A DNA stretch of 63,963 bases, the filler included. It is 3 parts of 3 records of this genome, joined end to end, with 100 filler letters (N's around TTAATTAATTAA, not from the genome) between each part and the next. Parts side by side here need not be neighbours in the genome. Positions count along the whole stretch, not along the records: positions 33,457 to 63,963 come from DRR723986_12913; 2 more parts are not named here. One strand, given 5' to 3'. Positions 50,686 through 59,073 of this stretch are shown here, piece after piece. The notes beneath the pieces were generated by a model, which searched no databases, had not been told where the DNA came from, and was given only the letters and a program-made list of their open reading frames with translations. The stretch's first letter is position 1. The number at the start of each line of letters is the position of its first letter. A program made the position numbers and the translations under genes.

Positions 50686-51702
50686 ATGTCCGAAGAAAAG
50701 TCCTCAAGCGTCACTTCGCAGCAAGGCATGTCACAGTGCGGCAGATCGCAGCACGTCACCTCACGGTGCGGCGGCTTTGCCCAAATGTCGCGTCGGCGTT
50801 TGCTAACACTTGCCGGTTCCCTCGGAGCTGGCACGGTGGTCTGGTTGAGCAATCAGATTTCGTCAATCGCATTGGCTGACGATTGGCTGACCCATCGCAG
50901 TCGAGGGCATCGTGCAGTTCGTTTGCGAGGTGTGCCAACTGCCGATTACCACTCGCGGAAACGCACCGTCTCATTCTTCGCCAGTACGCAGCAGGCGACC
51001 GAGAGGGCCACGGTCAAGACGATCGAACAAAAGATTGAAGCGAGTCATCGGCGGGCCGACCAGCAGTTTGCGGCCACGCGACTAAGCAACGCTGAGACCA
51101 TTCAGCCCTCCGGCATTGTCTCCCTGCTGCCAAACACTGCTAGTCTTCCCAGGCCAGCCGCCGTCGCGACGCTTACGCCAAGTGCCTCAACGGAGTTGCC
51201 TGCGGCAGCAATGGTTCCAGCGGACCGCAAGGAGTTTTTGCTAGCCACGGCGAGTTTCGGGCAAGCGCCGTTTTCTGTCGGTGGCTTTACATTGAGAATC
51301 GACGAAAAGATGAATTGGTCGGTGTCGCTCAGAGCTGAGTATGTGGCGACCGATAGTAGCAACAGGCCGATCGCTGAGTTGACCAACTTGCGACACCAGT
51401 TCCAAGTAGCGGTCAGGCTGTACGCGAATCCGCCATCAGCGTTTGCCCCCACGCAGCCTTCCGCCGGGACCGCTTCGCTGGCATCGCAGTTTACCAACGT
51501 TGGCCATATCGCTGAAATTGCACTGGAACCGTTTTGGGTGGAACGCGATCAACCGCTGCGAATCGAGTTTCGAGGCACCGGTGGGCCGGAACATCGTGAA
51601 ATATTCTCGCTGGCCAGGTTTGCTGAGGTCGAGTTCTTTGTGTATCTGGACGCGTTCTCGGGAAGAACGACGAAGACAATCCAAGGGAGAACACTGAGAT
51701 GA
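50686..51702 (+). CDS. Tat-exported hypothetical protein
   Basis: SRRRLLTLAG twin-arginine motif, hydrophobic stretch, ALA-D site; 30-bp imperfect duplication at 50716/50746 in the leader. Confidence 0.7.
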   Translation: MSEEKSSSVTSQQGMSQCGRSQHVTSRCGGFAQMSRRRLLTLAGSLGAGTVVWLSNQISSIALADDWLTHRSRGHRAVRLRGVPTADYHSRKRTVSFFASTQQATERATVKTIEQKIEASHRRADQQFAATRLSNAETIQPSGIVSLLPNTASLPRPAAVATLTPSASTELPAAAMVPADRKEFLLATASFGQAPFSVGGFTLRIDEKMNWSVSLRAEYVATDSSNRPIAELTNLRHQFQVAVRLYANPPSAFAPTQPSAGTASLASQFTNVGHIAEIALEPFWVERDQPLRIEFRGTGGPEHREIFSLARFAEVEFFVYLDAFSGRTTKTIQGRTLR

Positions 51703-52541
51703 ATAATTCACTTTGGACCCGCTTAAGTGATTGTCGGTGCCGCATTGCACTGGTCGCGTTGGCAGCGCTTGTGCCTTTGCTGCAATCCTCCTGTTGCTTT
51801 GGGCAGGTCAACGGGCGGGAGCAATCACCTTCAGGGCGTCTGACATCGCAGGTTTCGCCTGCACTTGAAATTGAAGTCCTCGATCCTCATCGCGACCCTA
51901 AGGGGAATCCTGCAATCCAACTTGGCAAAACGGAACAAGGATTTACGCAGGTTGATATTGCACCGAGCGTTATTGTGCATCGGTACTACTACACAGGTGA
52001 CCGTAGTTTTCGCGGCCCCGAATTGCCCGGTGGACCAACGGTAGTTGTTGTCACCAACCCGCGAACTGGGGAGCGGTGTTATATCGAAGTGCAGATGTTG
52101 CCCGGCGCTCCGCAGGTACACTATACACAGCATCGCATCGAATACGATTTTGGCAACCGAGCTATATTGCTAGACTTCCCATGGCGTGGTTCTCCGAAAG
52201 TCAGCGTTCGCAATGGAAGGCCGCTCACTGAAAAGGTGGCTGGGGCACTTAAGTTGAATGCAATCAAGTCAGCCGCGGTGAAGACGGGGGCTATGGCAAA
52301 AGCTGTAGCTAAGAAAACGCAAACGGCTGTTCGCGGTGCGGGGATGGCATTTGGCGAGATGACACGCCCTATCACTCTGCCGATGCAAAACCTTGCTCGA
52401 ATGATGCCAGGAGCGGCCATGTTGACCGACCCAGATTTAGAAGCGCGAGTCGTTGAAGCTCAGGCCATCCGACAGGCCGACGCTGAAGCATTCCGAGTCC
52501 AGACACTCAATTCACCAGACGTCGACATTTTAAGGCGTTGA
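51699..52541 (+). CDS. Exported hypothetical protein
   Basis: ATGA coupling to the upstream gene; signal-like N-terminus; VIVHRYYYTGDRSFRGP beta-rich domain. Confidence 0.75.
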   Translation: MNNSLWTRLSDCRCRIALVALAALVPLLQSSCCFGQVNGREQSPSGRLTSQVSPALEIEVLDPHRDPKGNPAIQLGKTEQGFTQVDIAPSVIVHRYYYTGDRSFRGPELPGGPTVVVVTNPRTGERCYIEVQMLPGAPQVHYTQHRIEYDFGNRAILLDFPWRGSPKVSVRNGRPLTEKVAGALKLNAIKSAAVKTGAMAKAVAKKTQTAVRGAGMAFGEMTRPITLPMQNLARMMPGAAMLTDPDLEARVVEAQAIRQADAEAFRVQTLNSPDVDILRR

Positions 52542-52570
52542 TGCGGTCGTTAAGGCGTTTACACGGTCGT
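52531..52570 (+). repeat. 20-bp imperfect tandem duplication over a stop codon
   Basis: TAAGGCGTTGATGCGGTCGT / TAAGGCGTTTACACGGTCGT. Confidence 0.7.
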
Positions 52571-52575
52571 GAGTC

Positions 52576-52679
52576 GTAGGGTGGGTGAAACCCACCAATG
52601 CGAGTTTCTGGTGGTTTTCACCTACCTTACTCTGTGAAATGGCGTTGGATAGATGCTGGTGGGGTTCACCTGGTTCTAC
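52576..52679. repeat. GTAG-family REP doublet plus degenerate third copy
   Basis: GTAGGGTGGGTGAAACCCACC (52576-52596), inverted copy 52610-52630, degenerate copy 52658-52679; same family as 34863-34883. Confidence 0.8.
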
Positions 52680-52745
52680 TCAGCCTACTTTTTGAAATGG
52701 CGGCCGAGGGCAGAGACTTTAAGGGGTGGTGGGCTGTAGACGGCT

Positions 52746-53006
52746 CTAGACTTTCTCGGTGATTGCCTTGGCGACAAGGGCGGCGTCGTCTTGCTCGCGG
52801 AGATGAGCAATTCGTGACTTGGGAAAGCCGGCCTTCTCCATATGATTGGCAAGCGAGTCCCAAACCTTTTCACGCTTCTTACCTTCTGCCAAATACAGCT
52901 CCGTCACCAGCTCTTGTGCTCGCTGCAAACTGATGGCGTCACGATTGTCGTAAAAACGCTTGATGACGTTCTGCTGGTACTTCGTGTGGCTCTTGTTGTC
53001 AGACAT
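52746..53006 (-). CDS. Small hypothetical protein
   Basis: 86 aa, YQQNVIKRFYDNRD..QELVTELYLAEGKKR; AGGA RBS; co-oriented with the MBL gene. Confidence 0.75.
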   Translation of the reverse strand: MSDNKSHTKYQQNVIKRFYDNRDAISLQRAQELVTELYLAEGKKREKVWDSLANHMEKAGFPKSRIAHLREQDDAALVAKAITEKV

Positions 53007-53080
53007 GGCTTCCTGCTGTGCTCGTTTCGATCTGGTAGTTGCTTTGATGAATTGGAATGTGCCGGGCCGCTGTGGCTAGG

Positions 53081-53866
53081 CTACTCTGGCAATTTGCCTT
53101 CGGCGATCTCTTCTTCCCACTGGTCCATCAACGGCCAGTCAATGGCGCACGTGCCAAAGTCAGCCATATGAAGGTAGCCCTCAAGACGCTTGATCGTCTT
53201 GTCGAGCATCGCTGTGTCTTTGCGGAAAATTGGACCGTGGCTTGGCAGTAGCCATTCAACCTCTGCGTCGTCGCGGATGCGAGTCAGAGACCGAATAAAG
53301 GCGGTAATATCACTTCCATGGTGAGCGTCGATCGCGCCTACGCATCCATCTCGGTAAATGTTGTCACCGCTGAATAGCAAATTGCCCATCTTGAACGCTA
53401 GCTGGCTGTCAGCGTGACCAGGCGTCGTCCAAACTTCCAACTCAAGGCTGCCAATACTGATCTTGGAGCCGTTCTCGACATGGTGTTCAGCGTGAACAAC
53501 GGGCATCTCCAGGTCGATACCTTGGGCTTCGATCTCGGCAAAGGTCTGGAGTTTGTCGCCAGTTTCCAGGAGCTTTGCGGCTTTGGGGTGGGCCGTTAGC
53601 GTCGTTTTCAGCAGGCTCTTCGCTAATGCAAAGCCCTGTCCATGGTCGACATCGGCGTGCGTAGCAATCAGCGTTTGGCAGTTGGACAGCGGGAAATCCA
53701 ACTCCCGAATCAACTCAACGATCTCCTCGACAGACTCTTCGTAGCCGATATCGATCAACGCCCATTGGTCGTTGTCGTAAATGAGGTAGACGTTACATCC
53801 GATGACGTGCCCAGCCTGGAAATTCAGCTCGATCACGTTTGGGAAGATAGGCTTTCGTTCAAGCAT
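53081..53866 (-). CDS. MBL-fold metallo-hydrolase
   Basis: LIDIG, THADVDH, TPGH, FSGD, LLPSHG motifs. Confidence 0.9.
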   Translation of the reverse strand: MLERKPIFPNVIELNFQAGHVIGCNVYLIYDNDQWALIDIGYEESVEEIVELIRELDFPLSNCQTLIATHADVDHGQGFALAKSLLKTTLTAHPKAAKLLETGDKLQTFAEIEAQGIDLEMPVVHAEHHVENGSKISIGSLELEVWTTPGHADSQLAFKMGNLLFSGDNIYRDGCVGAIDAHHGSDITAFIRSLTRIRDDAEVEWLLPSHGPIFRKDTAMLDKTIKRLEGYLHMADFGTCAIDWPLMDQWEEEIAEGKLPE

Positions 53867-54403
53867 AAGTCATTTGAGAGAGGAGTTTGGCGGGCCGAGG
53901 GGCCTGGCTGCTTCGATTGAGGCAGAGTGGCACGGGCACACCGGTGAAATGCATATCGTTCGGTTAGGTACGCATTGTAGGCATGCAAGCCACGCCCGCC
54001 ACCAAGGCTTGGACCAAATTCTTAAGCACGCACCTCTGGCCGTGACGGCAAATGCCCGCGACAGTGCATCTGCGGCGCGTATCGCAGCCGCGCCGATCGC
54101 TCAAAATCGCCTGAAGGGTAGCGTTTCGCAAGGCATAGATGCTCTCGCTGATTCTCGCCCTGGTCGCTTTCGTGTAGGCTTGGCTACCGAGCAATAAGCA
54201 CGTCGTCGCCACGAGAGGCTATCAAAACGTCCGGCTGAATAGCGAATGACAATGCGACACTTGGATGTTGCGACCGGAACAACTGCGGCTTACCTCACAT
54301 TCGCCGCACCTGGCCCACAGCTTCAGTGGCGGGCTGAGTCGCATAGGAGTTGCTCCGCCCAAGCCCTCGGTCCGCGCATCATTGATCTAGGCAAGTTACC
54401 ACC

Positions 54404-55126
54404 ATGACCACCGCACAAGAAGTTGAAACGGAGCTGCGTAAGCGTATCAACGACGAAAAGGCCGCATTTTATCCGAAGTTCTTTAAGGCTTTTCCGGGCG
54501 GCTATGGCGAAGGCGACCAATTCCTGGGGGTGGTTGTGCCGGATCAACGGAAGATCGCAAAGAAGTTTCGCGATTTGCCGATCGACGAAGTTTCCCGTCT
54601 GCTCAAATCTCCATGGCATGAATGTCGCCTGACCGGACTGTTCGTCTTGGTGCATCACTACGATAGCGCTCAGAGCATTTCCGAGAAGAAAGGAGTCGTT
54701 GACTACTACTTTTCCAATCTTGAACACGTGAACAACTGGGACCTGGTCGATGCAACCGCCCACAAAATCCTCGGAGCCTACCTCGTCGATAAACCTCGCG
54801 AGCGTAGCATCTTGAACAAACTGTCGCGTCGAGATGATTTGTGGTGTCAGCGGGTGAGTGTCATTGCAACACTGCCGCTGATCAAGCTCGGGCAGTTTGA
54901 CGAAATTCTTCAACTCGCCGCGAAATTTCTTTCTCATAAACATGATCTGATGCATAAAGCAGTGGGCTGGATGTTGAGAGAGCTTGGCAAAGTTGATGAG
55001 CAGGTGCTTCGCGGGGTGCTCGAGCAACACGGAAGCGAGATGCCGCGAACGATGCTCCGATACGCCATTGAAAAACTAGACCGAACCGAACGCGACCACT
55101 GGTTGAAAGCAACTCAAACGCGTTAG
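54404..55126 (+). CDS. DNA alkylation repair protein (AlkD-like)
   Basis: GGYGEGDQFLGV.VP, WHECR, NNWDLVD, HDLMHKAVGWMLRE, MPRTMLRYAIE. Confidence 0.92.
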   Translation: MTTAQEVETELRKRINDEKAAFYPKFFKAFPGGYGEGDQFLGVVVPDQRKIAKKFRDLPIDEVSRLLKSPWHECRLTGLFVLVHHYDSAQSISEKKGVVDYYFSNLEHVNNWDLVDATAHKILGAYLVDKPRERSILNKLSRRDDLWCQRVSVIATLPLIKLGQFDEILQLAAKFLSHKHDLMHKAVGWMLRELGKVDEQVLRGVLEQHGSEMPRTMLRYAIEKLDRTERDHWLKATQTR

Positions 55127-55187
55127 TCCCAGCGCGGTACAATAGGGGCCGCACTGATGACTTCTCCATTTCCTTTCTGCGACCCCG

Positions 55188-56447
55188 ATGCTGCACAATA
55201 TCAACACTGGCGAAGCTGGCCCTCGTGGTGAGGCGATGGCTGATGCAATTGGCACTTGCGTTCACTGCGGCTTTTGCCTTCCCGCCTGCCCAACCTACCA
55301 AGAACTTGGCAGCGAAATGGACTCGCCTCGCGGCCGCATTCTGTTGATGAAATCGGTTTTGGAAGGCGAGCTTACTTTCGAAGAGGCGGAGCAGCATATC
55401 GATCGTTGTTTGGGGTGCGTGGCCTGCGTGACGCATTGCCCAAGCGGTGTTGAGTATGGCGATCTGATCAGTTCCTTTCGCGATCGTGCACGAGAGCAGG
55501 GCAAGAAGCCAAAGCAACTGCGAGATTGGCTAGCTATGCAGACCTTACCTTATGCAGGCAGATTTCGGTGGGCCATGCGGGCAGCAAAGTGGACGGGTTT
55601 CATCCATCGATTGATGCCGCCAAGTCTGCGACCGATGCTGGAGCTGGTGCCCGACGAACTGCCGCCCAGGCGGGATCTCCCGGAGGTCATCCCAGCCGAA
55701 GGAACTCGTAAAGGGCGAGTCGCAATGCTGGCCGGATGTGCGCAACAAGTGCTCGCGCCGGACATTAATGCCGCGTCGGCTCGCGTCCTCAGTCGAAATG
55801 GTATTGAAGTCGTCATTCCAAAGGGGCAAGGCTGCTGCGGCGCGCTTGCTTGGCATAGCGGCGAAGGCAAAACGGCTCAAAGGTTTGCCGAAGCGTTGAT
55901 GAAAACCATTCCTGGTGATATCGATTGCTTCGTAACCACAGCGGCTGGATGCGGTTCGGCCATCGCGGAATACCCGCTGCTGATGAAAGGAACTGGCCTT
56001 GAGGAGCAGGCTATCGAGCTTACGAAGAAGACAATGGATGTCTCGGTCTACTTGTCCGAGTTGGATCTAGCGCCGATTCCGCAAGTAGCGAGCCCGATCA
56101 AGATCGCTTATCACGATGCTTGCCACCTTGCGCACGCGCAAAAGGTTCGCCGCCAGCCGAGAGAGCTGCTTGCGGCTATTCCTGGCGTCGAAGTTGCGGA
56201 GTTGGCCGACCCCGACACCTGCTGCGGCTCGGCCGGAACCTACAACATTGAACAACCAGAAATTGCGGCAAGTCTCGGGAGTCGCAAGGCTGCGGATGTT
56301 ACGGAAACTGGTGCAGCGATGGTCGCAACGGGCAATATTGGGTGTTTAGTCCAGATTGAAAATCACCTCAAAAAAGGTAGTTCCCGTGTTCCGGTTCTTC
56401 ACACTATGCAGGTCTTAGATTTAGCCTATCAAAGTAAACTCAGATAG
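55188..56447 (+). CDS. glcF: Glycolate oxidase iron-sulfur subunit
   Basis: CVHCGFCLPACPTY, DSPRGRI, CLGCVACVTHCPSGV, two CCG domains, YHDACHL.H. Confidence 0.88.
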   Translation: MLHNINTGEAGPRGEAMADAIGTCVHCGFCLPACPTYQELGSEMDSPRGRILLMKSVLEGELTFEEAEQHIDRCLGCVACVTHCPSGVEYGDLISSFRDRAREQGKKPKQLRDWLAMQTLPYAGRFRWAMRAAKWTGFIHRLMPPSLRPMLELVPDELPPRRDLPEVIPAEGTRKGRVAMLAGCAQQVLAPDINAASARVLSRNGIEVVIPKGQGCCGALAWHSGEGKTAQRFAEALMKTIPGDIDCFVTTAAGCGSAIAEYPLLMKGTGLEEQAIELTKKTMDVSVYLSELDLAPIPQVASPIKIAYHDACHLAHAQKVRRQPRELLAAIPGVEVAELADPDTCCGSAGTYNIEQPEIAASLGSRKAADVTETGAAMVATGNIGCLVQIENHLKKGSSRVPVLHTMQVLDLAYQSKLR

Positions 56448-56652
56448 CAAAGTTTACCTACTCTTCCTGCTCAACTCCCCTTGCCTCCCCTGCCGATACG
56501 ATTGCCTGTTGATCAGATGCAAAGTCGCCACTCAATCACTTGAGTCACTGCCTGCACACCGCCGAGAGCAAATCTCCGCAGTTTGGGGCAGCGACGATTG
56601 ATGAGGGCTTTGGATCGATTTCCCCCCCGAAGTCAACAGGAACGATAAAGAT

Positions 56653-56931
56653 ATGACCGTCAAAGACGTTGTAGATACGCATCAGTTTGAAGAAGTTCGC
56701 GAGTACGTTCGCGAAGAACTTTGTCACAATAACCAACTCGAAAAAGACGCCTTCCAGATGTCTGAGCAAGTGCTCACGCGAGGTGGTGCACCGGTAGGTT
56801 TTTACTTTTGTATTTATGGGCCTCGTAGCGTTCGTTTGACCGCTGTTTGGGACCTGTCGAAGAATACGATTTTCTTTTACGACTCGCTCGGGCGGCGTGC
56901 AATGTGCAGCCCGATACCTGGGCAAAATTAG
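56653..56931 (+). CDS. Small hypothetical protein
   Basis: 92 aa, L.R.G.P.G.YFC.YGPRSVRLTAVWD motif; upstream of csrA. Confidence 0.7.
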   Translation: MTVKDVVDTHQFEEVREYVREELCHNNQLEKDAFQMSEQVLTRGGAPVGFYFCIYGPRSVRLTAVWDLSKNTIFFYDSLGRRAMCSPIPGQN

Positions 56932-57098
56932 CCCGAGCCAGTTCGGCGTCTACTTCTGGGATTGAGTCACCCCAGCACTGTAATGGTAGTCACGTCGGTT
57001 GTTGCCCTGACCCATGAGATTGTTTTGTGCACATTGCTCTGTAGCACAGAAGGCTTTGCCGAAGACATCTCAAATGACTGCACTCAAGGAGGAGTAAA

Positions 57099-57488
57099 GT
57101 GCTTATTCTATCCCGTCGCGCCGCGGAGCGGATTTACTTAGGTGATGACATCGTTTTAACGATAGTTGCCGTCGGTGCCGACAAAGTGCGGATTGGTGTC
57201 AAGGCACCTGCAGGTGTGCGGATCCTGCGAAACGAACTCGACTGTATTGATATACCAGCATCAGTTGGTATCGAAGACGCTGAAGGTGATAGTGTGTCAC
57301 CGGCGACTTTACCGTTCCAATCAATTTCGTGTTCGTCAGATGATGATGCAATTGAATCCCTTACTCAACCGCTAGGTAACGACAGGACGGAATCTCCGGT
57401 CAGTATCCCTATGCATGAGCCATCCGAGCAAGTTGCCAAGAAGAACGCCGGATTAAAAGGATTTATGCAGAATCGCAAAGCAGCCTAG
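57099..57488 (+). CDS. csrA: Carbon storage regulator CsrA with C-terminal extension
   Basis: MLILSRR..ERI.LGDDI.LTIV..KVRIGVKAP..VRILRNEL; strong AGGAGG RBS, GTG start. Confidence 0.9.
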   Translation: MLILSRRAAERIYLGDDIVLTIVAVGADKVRIGVKAPAGVRILRNELDCIDIPASVGIEDAEGDSVSPATLPFQSISCSSDDDAIESLTQPLGNDRTESPVSIPMHEPSEQVAKKNAGLKGFMQNRKAA

Positions 57489-57494
57489 CTGCTC

Positions 57495-57524
57495 AGGCGC
57501 TGTCCGTTGCCAACAGCGCCTTTT
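57495..57524 (+). terminator. Rho-independent terminator after csrA
   Basis: AGGCGCTGT / ACAGCGCCT stem followed by T run. Confidence 0.7.
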
Positions 57525-57842
57525 ATGATGTCCCGCGAAGCATCCGCATGTTCGCTTCGCGGGGCAGATCGACACGCTTCTATTCGTAGTGGACAAGGGC
57601 TGCGAATTGCTGGCATCGACCTTACCAAGCGAAGCCGCGGCGTTCCTCTGTGATTCGAGTGAACCGCGTGGACTGAGCCAACCAGCTCGCTTGCGCAATA
57701 TTTCTACCAACGCGCGGGCTTTTCTGTTCCTTGCCCCGTCCGCTTCCGAGCAGCCGCCTGCGGTCGACTCACTTTCGTTGTAAAATCGGTTTGCCTGAGC
57801 ACCTACGCTCTCGACCGAATTGGCAATTGAAAGAACACACTT

Positions 57843-58859
57843 ATGAGCGACGAAAGACGAACTGAACGATCCAATGTCTCCAGGCGACGTTTCGCCTTTT
57901 CCGCCGCGTCGGCCCTGCCCCTTGCGATTGGAAGCAGCAGAATCTTGCCTGCAAGCACCGTGGCTGCGCCAGCAGGCAGTGGTGTTTTCCATGCCGCCCC
58001 AGGTGCTGCGAAGTACACGATGGATCTTTGTCCCGGGCGAATCGGTGTGAGCGTATCGCAGGAAGAAGCCATTCGACTCGCCGACAAGTTCGGTTACGGG
58101 TCTGTCGAGCCGATGGCTGGTTACCTTGCCTCCTTGGGAGACAAACTTCCGGCACTGGTTGAAGATCTGAAGAGCCGAGGTCTTGTTTGGGGCGCTGCCG
58201 GTCTGAGCGTTGACTTTCGGTCCGACGAACAGAAATTCAAGGATGAAATGAAGAAGCTGCCCGCCCAGGCGGCTGCACTGAACCAAGCTGGCGTCACACG
58301 CCTGGGCACTTGGCTGAGGCCCAATCACGCTGAGCTAACCTACGTTGCCAATTTTCGACAGCACAGCAAGCGGTTGAAAGCGATTGCACAAGTGCTGGGC
58401 GACCAAGGAATCCAGTTTGGGCTTGAGTACGTCGGGCCTTTTACACTTTGGTCCAGCGCCAAGCATCCATTCATCCACACTATGGCGGAGACCAAGGATC
58501 TTATCGCTGATATCGGAGAAGACAACGTGGGCTTCGTCTTGGATAGCTGGCATTGGTACTGCGCCGAAGAATCAGCCGAAGACATCTTGTCGCTCACCGC
58601 CAAAGACGTTGTGGCGGTCGATCTGAACGATGCACCGAAGGGGCTTGGCATCAACGAGCAAATCGACTCAAAACGCGAGCTGCCTGCTGCTACCGGAGTG
58701 ATTGATGTGGCGACGTTCCTCAAATCACTACAGCAATTGGGCTACGACGGGCCGATACGCGCTGAGCCATTCAACAAGCCCTTGAATCAAATGGATGATG
58801 AACCGGCCGTCAAGAAAACGGCTACAGCCATTGCAAAGGCGTTTGCGATGGCTGACTAG
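57843..58859 (+). CDS. Tat-exported sugar phosphate isomerase/epimerase (TIM barrel)
   Basis: SRRRFAF signal; GLEY, LDSWH, DLND, RELP..GVID, GYDGPI.AE motifs. Confidence 0.88.
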   Translation: MSDERRTERSNVSRRRFAFSAASALPLAIGSSRILPASTVAAPAGSGVFHAAPGAAKYTMDLCPGRIGVSVSQEEAIRLADKFGYGSVEPMAGYLASLGDKLPALVEDLKSRGLVWGAAGLSVDFRSDEQKFKDEMKKLPAQAAALNQAGVTRLGTWLRPNHAELTYVANFRQHSKRLKAIAQVLGDQGIQFGLEYVGPFTLWSSAKHPFIHTMAETKDLIADIGEDNVGFVLDSWHWYCAEESAEDILSLTAKDVVAVDLNDAPKGLGINEQIDSKRELPAATGVIDVATFLKSLQQLGYDGPIRAEPFNKPLNQMDDEPAVKKTATAIAKAFAMAD

Positions 58860-58882
58860 CGCGACTTTACGAAACGCTACGA

Positions 58883-58920
58883 AAAATGGCTGCTAGAGCA
58901 AGTGCTCTAACAGCCATTTT
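58883..58920. terminator. Bidirectional terminator
   Basis: AAAATGGCTGCTAGAGCA / TGCTCTAACAGCCATTTT inverted repeat between convergent genes. Confidence 0.8.
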
Positions 58921-59073
58921 GCATTGAACTTCGCTGCAGCCACGCGGTGCTGGATTGACGTCCCACGCACAGGGTTTGGGCCTCACCGACGCAAACGCTG
59001 GCAGTCGAAGTCTCCTGGTCGGCTCCGGTGCAGTCTCAACCGCACCGGAACCAATAAGACTCAGCGGTACCGT

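Noticed and set aside
53867-54403. 540-bp divergent intergenic region with short ORFs
   Set aside because: No convincing coding signal, repeat or RNA structure found by eye.
55127-55170. CTGATGACTTCT resembling the 3' end of a fluoride riboswitch
   Set aside because: The 5' GATGG/pseudoknot half is missing and the downstream gene is glcF; better read as a promoter region.
57453-58328. 291-aa minus-strand ORF
   Set aside because: Antisense to the isomerase and csrA; no motifs; likely a shadow ORF.
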